A stretch of DNA of 24,946 nucleotides from an uncultured Candidatus Bathyarchaeia archaeon (GTDB taxonomy: Archaea; Thermoproteota; Bathyarchaeia; Bathyarchaeales; Bathycorpusculaceae), in assembly GCA_964450845.1 (NCBI GenBank), contig CAYVGZ010000011.1, positions 1 to 24,946 of the forward strand, read 5' to 3'. Numbering within the stretch: position 1 is the stretch's first letter; each line of letters opens with the position of its first letter. Below the pieces are notes generated by a model that was not told the origin of the DNA, did no database searches, and saw nothing but the letters and a program-made list of their open reading frames with translations. Below are positions 1-7,547 of this stretch, piece by piece. A program made the translations under genes and the position numbers.

Positions 1-2
1 TA

Positions 3-83
3 GAACCTAGAACATGCCCACGATTCTATCGCTTAACGCCAAAACTGCTTCTGCGTTTGATGCCCGAGAATACTAGAGTATGA
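3..83 (+). CDS. Probable 3' end of an element gene (partial, EPRTCPRFYRLTPKLLLRLMPENTRV*), possibly a winged-helix wing
   Basis: Frame 3 is open from the window edge to TGA at 81-83. RFYRLT resembles the wing of wHTH proteins. Too short to be sure. Confidence 0.3.
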   Translation, partial: EPRTCPRFYRLTPKLLLRLMPENTRV

Positions 84-99
84 CTGGTGGTCGACCAAA

Positions 100-444
100 A
101 TGGTTGAAACTAGGTCCCTCTGCCCGAAGTGTGGTTCACATAACATTGAGAAGCTGGTCTTACTTTCTAGGAAGATTTATTGGGGCTGTTTCATTAAGGA
201 TCAGGAAAATTGCCCCGTTCGAGAGGACTGTATAAACTTTGGTTCTGGACGCTGCAATTTATGTCATAGAGAGTATTTTGTAGTACGTCATTTCTTTAGC
301 CGGGCAGAGAAGAAAATTTACGTGGAGTCAAGCAGGGGCGAAAACTTCTGCCAATTCAAGGATAAGGAGTACTATCGCAAAACGGAGCCTTTCATTGAGG
401 TTAAGTGGCTTTTCGTTCAAGCTGGCAAAGGGCAGGGGGCATAG
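100..444 (+). CDS. Cys-rich putative Zn-finger protein of the element
   Basis: CPKC near the N-terminus, CNLC internally, and further Cys residues. GGTGG SD-like motif at 86-90. Confidence 0.7.
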   Translation: MVETRSLCPKCGSHNIEKLVLLSRKIYWGCFIKDQENCPVREDCINFGSGRCNLCHREYFVVRHFFSRAEKKIYVESSRGENFCQFKDKEYYRKTEPFIEVKWLFVQAGKGQGA

Positions 445-449
445 GGGCT

Positions 450-650
450 ATGAGCTGGCTGGTTAAGGCTTTAGTGAAGCGTGTCGTTGAAATTCACATA
501 GATGACTTCAAGGTCATTGGACGTCTCTTGACTGTGTCGGAATCTCAGAGATATCCTGTTCACTTGCCTGGCGTTCTCATTCTGGAAACCGCAGCTGGGC
601 TCTGTATCATTCGGGATTGGGACTTGATCGTTTTCAGTGGGAGGCTCTAG
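450..650 (+). CDS. Small protein (66 aa) with predicted Sm/Lsm/Hfq-like fold
   Basis: ATG at 450 preferred over 405, which overlaps the upstream ORF. The pattern LVKRVVEIHIDDFKVIGRLLTV...VLIL...IIRDWDLIVF parallels the Sm1 and Sm2 motifs. Confidence 0.55.
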   Translation: MSWLVKALVKRVVEIHIDDFKVIGRLLTVSESQRYPVHLPGVLILETAAGLCIIRDWDLIVFSGRL

Positions 651-653
651 GGC

Positions 654-2060
654 ATGGCCAAAGCTGAGGTTGGGGAAAACCGGTCTTCCACGTTTGCGCC
701 TCCGCGCATACTTGGCAAAAGCGGCTTAAATAACGGGAAGTTGGGCTTACACGGTCCAGTCCAGCCGCGCCGGTCCCAAAAACCTCAGCCCACCAGCAAT
801 ACTACGTACATGCCTGGGTCTCCCCCCAATGGCGTAGCCCCCCAGGATCCTCGTAGTAACAGCCAAGCCCATACATGCCCAGAATGCGGTTCCTCCAAGC
901 TTTTCAAGGACGGATTCCGCTATCTCTACGATGGAACCCCAGTTCAACGGCTGCTATGCCGAAACTGTGGATATCGTTTTAGTCTGGAAAAGGGCCGGGG
1001 GCAATGGGAAAAACCCTTACTAAAAACTTCAAAGCAGTCATTAAATAATAGCATCGCCCTACATTCTAACCGTCAAGTATGCGTAGCCTTGACAAGAGGC
1101 GCGAAAAACTTGGCCGAAGTACAAGCCCGAATAGAAAAGCCGCTGCGGGACGGCACCAGAGACCTTCCAGGAACACTCATAGATTACGCTTGGAAAATGA
1201 AGAAACGCGGCCTAGCTGAAGAAACCATAAAGCACCGGGTCTACCGCCTTAACGTCCTCATCAGGAAAGGCGCAGATCTACAGAACCCAGACAGCGTCGA
1301 AACGGTCCTTGCGACGGAGCCGTGGAAGCCGGCGAACAAACGCTTTTTCGTTATGGCATATCAAAGTTTCACCAAGACTTACAGCATCCCATGGATACCT
1401 ATCAGGCTCAAATGCGAAAACAAGCAGCCCTTCATTCCCTTAGAATCTGAAATCGACCAGTTGATAGCAGGTTGCGGCAAAAGAACAGCCACTTTCCTTC
1501 AAGTCCTCAAGGACACCGGCGCCAGGTGCGGCGAAATCAAAAGCCTCAGATGGACCGACGTCGACGACCCCAAGAGAGCCATCAGGATTAACAACCCAGA
1601 AAAGGGCAGCAATTCGAGAACGGTTCAAGTCACCCCGAAGACCCTGGCAATGCTGAACGCCTTGCCCAAACGAAGCATCTATGTCTTCAGCCCATTGGGC
1701 AGCGAACAACCGCCAAAAATCAGAAGCCTACAAAGCGTCTTCTCAAGACAGAGGAACAAGCTTGCAGTGCGTCTTCAGAACCCACGTCTCAAACAGATTC
1801 ACTTCCACACGCTCAGGCATTGGAAGGCCACAATGGAATATGCGAAGACCAGAGATATCCTTCGTGTCAAACAACTTCTAGGCCATAAGCGACTTGAGAA
1901 CACGGAGATCTATACGCATCTGATTGACTTCGCAACCGACGACTATACAGTGAGGCGCCCAAAGACTTCCAAGGAAGAGGACGAGTTTATAGAGGCTGGT
2001 TTCGAATACGTCCGCTATGACGACAAAGAGCAATGTCCAATCTACCGCAAGAGGAAATGA
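654..2060 (+). CDS. Tyrosine recombinase/integrase with N-terminal disordered region and Zn ribbon
   Basis: Catalytic set intact: TGAR (R), PEKGS (K), HTLRH (HxxR), LLGH, TEIY (Y). Zn ribbon CPECGS...CRNCG. C-terminal GFEYV...RKRK tail. GGGAGG at 639-644 supports ATG 654; ATG 810 is an alternative start. Confidence 0.95.
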   Translation: MAKAEVGENRSSTFAPPRILGKSGLNNGKLGLHGPVQPRRSQKPQPTSNTTYMPGSPPNGVAPQDPRSNSQAHTCPECGSSKLFKDGFRYLYDGTPVQRLLCRNCGYRFSLEKGRGQWEKPLLKTSKQSLNNSIALHSNRQVCVALTRGAKNLAEVQARIEKPLRDGTRDLPGTLIDYAWKMKKRGLAEETIKHRVYRLNVLIRKGADLQNPDSVETVLATEPWKPANKRFFVMAYQSFTKTYSIPWIPIRLKCENKQPFIPLESEIDQLIAGCGKRTATFLQVLKDTGARCGEIKSLRWTDVDDPKRAIRINNPEKGSNSRTVQVTPKTLAMLNALPKRSIYVFSPLGSEQPPKIRSLQSVFSRQRNKLAVRLQNPRLKQIHFHTLRHWKATMEYAKTRDILRVKQLLGHKRLENTEIYTHLIDFATDDYTVRRPKTSKEEDEFIEAGFEYVRYDDKEQCPIYRKRK

Positions 2061-2089
2061 AAAGACGTGTTACTCACGGAAAATGAATA

Positions 2090-2118
2090 CTGTTAAAGCT
2101 GGTAGCCGGCTTGAACAG
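2090..2118. other. Attachment junction (att core): CTGTTAAAGC-TGGTAGCCG-GCTTGAACAG
   Basis: 10-bp inverted arms (9/10 match) around a 9-bp spacer (7 bp if a T/G mismatch is counted in the arms). Lies 30 bp after the integrase stop, exactly where DUF763 homology ends. Confidence 0.75.
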
Positions 2119-2527
2119 CCGTATTATCGACTTTTGCGCTCATTTTGCTTGCATAACGCAAAGCCTCAATTTTATCGCTTGAGAAACCAAATCTTTCGCC
2201 AACATTTCCAATTTCTAATGGAGCTTGCAAAGAAACTTTGCCCTTGCCACCACAAACAGCAATGCCGTGATTTTCCTGTGCAACAGATTGTTTTAAAACG
2301 CCTGTAACAACTGTTGTTACGCCTGATGAATGCCAGTCATAACCTAAAACGCAGCCCAAAGCCTGAAACCAAAAGGGGTCGGAGATTCGTTTTAGAAAAT
2401 CACCAGTGCCATACTCATCAACGATAATGGTCACAATTTCTCTAGCAAGTTTCTCCATGCGAACAACGAGCCATCTTGGCGCTTTGCCATAATGAAGTGG
2501 AAGCCTAGCAACTCCTGTCCTCTGCAT
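2093..2527 (-). pseudogene. 5' fragment (~144 aa) of a DUF763 family gene, interrupted by the integrated element
   Basis: Typical DUF763 motifs LPLHYGKAPRWL, SDPFWFQALGCVLGYDWHSSGVTT, GGKG and AKVDNTAVQAGYQL, then an immediate stop. Full-length members are roughly 2.5 times longer (recalled). Start is 2527 or 2539. Confidence 0.88.
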
Positions 2528-2603
2528 AAGTATGCCCATTTACATGGTGTCTGTTCTGTTCTATTTCAATTTTGTCTCAGTGTGATGATGTGTGTGATTG
2601 TTG

Positions 2604-2632
2604 TAGGACCCGTCTATTTTGAGCCAAATATG
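2604..2632. repeat. Intergenic palindromic motif, copy 1 (TAGGACCCGTCTATTTTGAGCCAAATATG)
   Basis: 23/29 identical to 19924-19952; the core 2610-2632 is 20/23 identical. Confidence 0.5.
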
Positions 2633-2651
2633 AAGCAGAAGCGGATAACTG

Positions 2652-3500
2652 TTATTCTAATATTTGCGCTCGCTTGAGAGCGTACCATGAAATAAGCGAG
2701 AAGGCTAGTACATAGGTTAATGCTACTGCTATTGATCTCAGCAGAACAAGTGAGATGGGCTCCAGTATTCTGAAGAAAGTCACGTTTGATGAGGGGTGAA
2801 GAACATAGGTAATCATGTTGGTGGCAATGTTATCTGTTCCGCTTACTGGCAAATAGCTGAGGACCCACGCTTGATCTGAAAATACTAAAATAATAGGGGC
2901 GCTTATGAGCAAGGCCATGAAAATGCCGAAGGCTCCAAGAGCTACTATTAGCGAGCTTTTGGATAGGGAGCCTATCGCTAAAACTATGGCTACCCAAACA
3001 AAAGTGCTGGTAATGTTCCCTAATAATGAAAGAGGAACAAGGTAAAGGTTGTTTTGAGGACCGTACACAATTGTTGCACCAATGGTCGTGTACGCAAAGA
3101 GAACAGCATAGGCTGAGAGAAGAGTGATGAAAGCTGCAAACAGCTTGCCGAGGAAAACCGTAGTTCTGGAGACTGGCTTCGTTAACAGCGTTACAATTGT
3201 GCCGCTCTCAAATTCACCCGAAATGCTGTTCATAACTGTTACAAGTGCGAAAAGGAAGAAACCTAGACTACCAGCGCTGTAGCTTATTGCGTAATCTGGT
3301 TCTTGGCTTAGCGATTGACCTATCATGTTACTCAAAATAACTGGTAAAGCTAAGCCTAGAGTAGCGAAAACAAACGCAACTATGACCATGCCTAGGAACT
3401 TTTTCTTTCGGATATTCCACAGAAGCTCATATTTTACAACCGCCCAGAAACGAGTTGTCCAGCTTGGATTTGTTCTGATTTTGTTTTTTACAGTGTTCAT
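2652..3500 (-). CDS. ABC-2 type transporter permease
   Basis: About 6 TM segments and the ISGEFESGTIVTLLTKPVSR motif. Overlaps its ATPase gene by 4 nt. Confidence 0.9.
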   Translation of the reverse strand: MNTVKNKIRTNPSWTTRFWAVVKYELLWNIRKKKFLGMVIVAFVFATLGLALPVILSNMIGQSLSQEPDYAISYSAGSLGFFLFALVTVMNSISGEFESGTIVTLLTKPVSRTTVFLGKLFAAFITLLSAYAVLFAYTTIGATIVYGPQNNLYLVPLSLLGNITSTFVWVAIVLAIGSLSKSSLIVALGAFGIFMALLISAPIILVFSDQAWVLSYLPVSGTDNIATNMITYVLHPSSNVTFFRILEPISLVLLRSIAVALTYVLAFSLISWYALKRAQILE

Positions 3501-4444
3501 TCTGCTTTGCCTCCGCTTGGTTTGGTAACAAGCTGCATGAAAACTTCTTCAAGGGTTGGTCCTTTCAAGCTCATGGAAACGATAACCCCTCCAGAGTTTG
3601 TTATTTCTTGAGAAATTTGGGATCTGACGTCATCACGAGTTTTCAACTCAATAATCAACATGTTGCCATCTTGCGACACGTTAGAAACAAATTGCAGTTC
3701 CTTCACTTTTTGAATTGTTGCATCAGAGAGTTTAGCTACCTCTACTTGTAATATCGTTGGTCCTGAAAATTTGTTGGAAACGTTTTGAAGAGTATCCGAA
3801 ACCAAAGATACTCCACGGTGAATAATTGTAACGTGACTACAGATTTGTTCAACCTCAAACAATAGATGGGAGGAGACGAAAATGGTTACGCCTTCTTTCG
3901 CAATTCCTTTTACTAATTCTCTCACTTCAACCATGCCAACAGGGTCTAAACCTAAGCTTGGCTCGTCTAATACAACCAATTCGGGTTCGTTTAGCAATGC
4001 TTGTGCAATGCCTAGGCGCTGTTGCATCCCCTTGCTATACTTTCCAATGAAGTCTCTTTCCCTGCCTTTAAGCCCGACCATTTCCAACAGCTTAGGTATC
4101 TGCTCTTTACGCTCTTGCTCAGTCATTCCATACATTCTTCCATAAATGTCTAGGAGTTCCCATCCCTTCAAGTGTTTGGGAAGCTTTGGCAATTCAGGCA
4201 TGTAACCAATTCTTAGCCTAACATCTGGTCTATCTCCACGAACCTCTTGCCCTAAAACTTTAACAGTGCCCTCATTAGGGTTCAGCAAACCCACCAAAAC
4301 TTTTATTGTGGTGGTTTTTCCAGCTCCGTTAGGACCAAGAAAACCGTGTATCGTGTTCCGTTCGACCTTTAAGTTAAGCTTGTTCACAGCGGTTAGCGAA
4401 CCATACCGCTTTGTTAAGCCGCTAGTTTCTATGGCTGGCTCCAC
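3497..4444 (-). CDS. ABC-2 type transporter ATP-binding protein
   Basis: Walker A GPNGAGKTT, signature YSKGMQQR, Walker B VVLDEP, SSH switch. Confidence 0.95.
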   Translation of the reverse strand: MEPAIETSGLTKRYGSLTAVNKLNLKVERNTIHGFLGPNGAGKTTTIKVLVGLLNPNEGTVKVLGQEVRGDRPDVRLRIGYMPELPKLPKHLKGWELLDIYGRMYGMTEQERKEQIPKLLEMVGLKGRERDFIGKYSKGMQQRLGIAQALLNEPELVVLDEPSLGLDPVGMVEVRELVKGIAKEGVTIFVSSHLLFEVEQICSHVTIIHRGVSLVSDTLQNVSNKFSGPTILQVEVAKLSDATIQKVKELQFVSNVSQDGNMLIIELKTRDDVRSQISQEITNSGGVIVSMSLKGPTLEEVFMQLVTKPSGGKAE

Positions 4445-4514
4445 TTAGACAACTTCCCCAATGCTACTAATCTTATAGCCGAAGATATAAAAGTTGAATT
4501 TAGTTTGAATATTT

Positions 4515-6209
4515 TCACTTCTCCGCCTTAGTCAATAATTCTTCAGCATTTTTAACTGCTACTCTATAGAACACGTAGGTTGTGACAGAGGCTATAACCC
4601 CGCTTAAGGACAATGCCACGTACAGGTATGATTCTGGAAGCGATATGGGTATTGCTATAAAAGCTTGGGTCTCAAACAACATTTTCAAGCCGTAAGGAAT
4701 CATGGGTGAAATTATAGTTAACGCCAGAATAAAGCACACAATTACGTTGATGAAACCCCAGAGGGGCCTAATCATCCTAGGTCTGGGAAATTCACGGAAG
4801 TCGGCACCCCTTATCCCAAAACTCAGCGAGACCATACCTAGAGAGAAAACTAGTAGAATGGCTTCAGTCAAGCCTATACCAGCCATCCGTGGCGAAGGAG
4901 ACATCAAAAGGGCACTAACAACAAAGCAAACTAGGGTTATTACCAAGCTGAAAAGAGTTGCAAAGAAGTATTTTGCCTTAACAAGACTCTTGACCGATAT
5001 TGGAGACGAGTACACGTACCATACGCTTCCTCCTTCTGAGCCAGTTGTGATGCTTCCCAGAGAAATAGCCATTAAAGTTCCCGGCAGCAAAGTGATGTAG
5101 GTAAATAAGAAGGAGTAAAATACAGAGGATGTGGTATCTGCGGTGCTCCTCATCGAAGAGAAAAGGGGCATGATGATAAAAACTATGGGCATGATGAAAA
5201 TGTACATCAACTCGCGTCGCCGTGTGAAGGCCCTAAAGTCCTTTCTCATAATGGCTGCTTCCATGGAAGAGAAGCCCAATCTTCCAAGCAAACCAGTTTT
5301 TGGAATGTAGGGTCCGCGGGATATTGTAATGGATGGTGCTTCGTACAAACCAAACCTGACGTTAAGACGGACAGCAACTAGAAAGAGGGCGTAGATGAAG
5401 GCAAGTGACGCAAAAGTAAAGATTATTGCTTCTAAACTTAAGCTACTGGCAAAAGCAGAGAGGCCTATACCAAGCCAGAGGTAGGGAACGAACCAAAGTA
5501 TTCTTTGTCCACCAGCCAACGACTCGATAAGAGCGGGAAATGACCCGCCATAAATTAACGTGAAATAAACGAGGTAGAATGCGATGAAAAATGTTAGTGT
5601 TCCTAAAAGCCTCACCCATACTGCTCTTCTGCCCGCAACCTTTGTTACCGCTCCCGAAATCCTGACCTGCAAAACTTTAAGAATTTCCGTGGTGACGCTT
5701 GCTAAGAAGAGGCTTCCTAACAAAGCAAACATGGTGAAAACAGCCAAAGATACCACTCCAAAGAACGCCGAAGCCACAAAAATGCTTGAACAGATAAAGA
5801 CAGTGATTATTGATGGTGTACCAATCAGGTTAGCTAGTATAGAGGCTAGTGTATGTTCCTTCCATGTGATGGGAAACCAGTAGAGTGGCTGAATTGAAGT
5901 TTTTGCGCCGATTCGCTGAATTTGGCTCATCTGCGTAAAAACTAGGCTGTATAAGAGCGCGATGGTTGGAAGAGTTACAAAAAGGTTGGTTGCGCCTTCA
6001 AGGATGACTTGCCTCAAGTTTGAGTCAGATATTCCATGGTAAAAGTTTCCGACAAGCAAGCCGACCAACAATCCAAGCACGCATGCCACTATGTATAAAG
6101 CATATGTTACTGCTCTGTTCTCCCGAAACCTTCTGAACTTAATTCCTCTAATCATCCGTGAAGATTTAACGTCTACGCTTATCAGTCGAAGAACGTTCTT
6201 CCAGTTCAC
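4515..6209 (-). CDS. Large ABC exporter permease (564 aa, ~12 TM)
   Basis: Highly hydrophobic, with two permease-like halves. Overlaps the upstream ABC ATPase by 4 nt. Confidence 0.8.
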   Translation of the reverse strand: MNWKNVLRLISVDVKSSRMIRGIKFRRFRENRAVTYALYIVACVLGLLVGLLVGNFYHGISDSNLRQVILEGATNLFVTLPTIALLYSLVFTQMSQIQRIGAKTSIQPLYWFPITWKEHTLASILANLIGTPSIITVFICSSIFVASAFFGVVSLAVFTMFALLGSLFLASVTTEILKVLQVRISGAVTKVAGRRAVWVRLLGTLTFFIAFYLVYFTLIYGGSFPALIESLAGGQRILWFVPYLWLGIGLSAFASSLSLEAIIFTFASLAFIYALFLVAVRLNVRFGLYEAPSITISRGPYIPKTGLLGRLGFSSMEAAIMRKDFRAFTRRRELMYIFIMPIVFIIMPLFSSMRSTADTTSSVFYSFLFTYITLLPGTLMAISLGSITTGSEGGSVWYVYSSPISVKSLVKAKYFFATLFSLVITLVCFVVSALLMSPSPRMAGIGLTEAILLVFSLGMVSLSFGIRGADFREFPRPRMIRPLWGFINVIVCFILALTIISPMIPYGLKMLFETQAFIAIPISLPESYLYVALSLSGVIASVTTYVFYRVAVKNAEELLTKAEK

Positions 6210-6979
6210 TTCATCAACGCCTCAACCACGGGCTTAATGTCTCTAGTTCCAGTAAGCTTAAGGAAAATGTCCTCTAATCCCGATTCAGGCATTTTTGCCC
6301 TTTGCCGCAACTCATCCATGGTACCTAACGCCAACAACCTTCCTTCATACATGATAGCTATTCGATCGCACATGGCTTGGGCAATCTCCAAAACATGAGT
6401 AGACATTATAGCGATCACACCCTTCGCAGCTAACTCATGTAACAGGTCTTTAACGATTCTCGCGGATTTTGGGTCTAAGCCACTTAAGGGTTCATCTAAA
6501 AGCAGAAGTTCAGGTTTATGCATTAGTGCAGAGATAATAATGACCTTCTGTTTCATCCCCTCAGAATAAGAGCTTATCATGTCACCTTCTCTCCCCTCCA
6601 AATCCAAAGCCTTAACAAACTCGTCGATTCGCTTTTTCTTCTCATCAGGAGCCATCCCATAAATGTCGCCAGTGAAGTCGAGAAATTCAAGACCAGTTAA
6701 GAATTCGTAGGTGCGTGGTGATTCAGGCACGTAACCCACTTTTCTCTTTACCGCAACAGGGTCATCCTCCACATTGATGCCCAAAACGTTTACAGATCCG
6801 GAATCAGGCTTGACCAATCCTAAGATCATTTTAAGAGTTGTCGATTTGCCCGAGCCATTTGGACCAAGAAGACCGAAGATTTCACCTTTTTTTATGTCTA
6901 GGTCAAGGTAATCTACAGCTGTGATATCGCCATATCGCTTAGAAACGCTTGTCAACTTGACACTTGGAAGATAAGTCAA
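6206..6979 (-). CDS. ABC transporter ATP-binding protein
   Basis: GPNGSGKST, YSEGMKQK, LLLDEP, STH. TTG start. Confidence 0.95.
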   Translation of the reverse strand: MTYLPSVKLTSVSKRYGDITAVDYLDLDIKKGEIFGLLGPNGSGKSTTLKMILGLVKPDSGSVNVLGINVEDDPVAVKRKVGYVPESPRTYEFLTGLEFLDFTGDIYGMAPDEKKKRIDEFVKALDLEGREGDMISSYSEGMKQKVIIISALMHKPELLLLDEPLSGLDPKSARIVKDLLHELAAKGVIAIMSTHVLEIAQAMCDRIAIMYEGRLLALGTMDELRQRAKMPESGLEDIFLKLTGTRDIKPVVEALMK

Positions 6980-7061
6980 GGTCTAACCACCTATATCAAA
7001 AGCAAAGCGAAGAACCACTTAAGATTTTCGTGGATTTTCTCTTTTCGAACAATCGCTTGGC

Positions 7062-7538
7062 TCAGAAGTTTAGTAAGTGGCCCTCTCGGTCAATTTCTCC
7101 GCGACGAATTCGTGTGGTGGAGATGGGCGAGTGATTCTCAGATGGAATCATGTCAATGACAATTATTCGCAACGGAGGCAATTCCCTTCTTCCTCTTTCT
7201 TCATTGATCTTAACAGCTATGGGCTGAGTCTCGCGACTCACAATCAGAGCCTCAATACACCCTTCAGATAACGTCACCCCAAAAGGGTCATTCAACGGTA
7301 CAATGTCAGCCCTCTCCCAAACGCCTCTTTCTCGCAGAAACCTGCTCAACTCCTCCAACCTTTGCTCATAAGAGGCAGTTACATGCGGCTTACTAAGACT
7401 CTCAACAAGTCTATCAGAACATAAACCAACCAAAACACGCTCTCCAACCTCAAAGGCTTTCATGAGCAACGCTTTATGTCCCTTATGAAACTCGTCAAAG
7501 GTGCCGCCAACAGCCACGGTTTTGAACTTTTTCTCCAA
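7062..7538 (-). CDS. coaD: Archaeal phosphopantetheine adenylyltransferase
   Basis: VAVGGTFDEFHKGH (HxGH), LIVSRET and ISTTRIRRGEID motifs. Directly downstream of pantoate kinase. Confidence 0.9.
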   Translation of the reverse strand: MEKKFKTVAVGGTFDEFHKGHKALLMKAFEVGERVLVGLCSDRLVESLSKPHVTASYEQRLEELSRFLRERGVWERADIVPLNDPFGVTLSEGCIEALIVSRETQPIAVKINEERGRRELPPLRIIVIDMIPSENHSPISTTRIRRGEIDREGHLLNF

Positions 7539-7547
7539 TTCCTTTTT

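Larger units (their letters stand above)
1..2100. mobile_element. Right end of an integrated element (provirus or integrative plasmid); left part lies outside the window
   Basis: Intact tyrosine integrase plus tightly packed small hypothetical ORFs on one strand. Visibly higher GC than the flanking genes (by eye, not computed). Ends at an inverted-repeat site that interrupts a host DUF763 gene. Confidence 0.85.

Noticed and set aside
747-947. Antisense 66-aa ORF inside the integrase leader
   Set aside because: It overlaps the Zn-ribbon coding region on the opposite strand and has no recognisable motif.
654-2060. SSV-type split integrase (att inside int)
   Set aside because: The ORF is continuous with all catalytic residues, no tRNA fragment was seen inside it, and the att core lies downstream.
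2093-2095. DUF763 stop as a simple point mutation or sequencing error
   Set aside because: The sequence past the stop does not resume DUF763 (no W-A-V-x-Q-Q-G-M block) and runs into the integrase within 33 bp.
2017-2307. Plus-strand 96-aa ORF across the junction
   Set aside because: It is a shadow of the integrase end and of DUF763 antisense, with no motif.
2581-2625. Possible C/D box sRNA (GTGATGA)
   Set aside because: No D box (CTGA) at a suitable distance; the region is low-complexity TG-rich.
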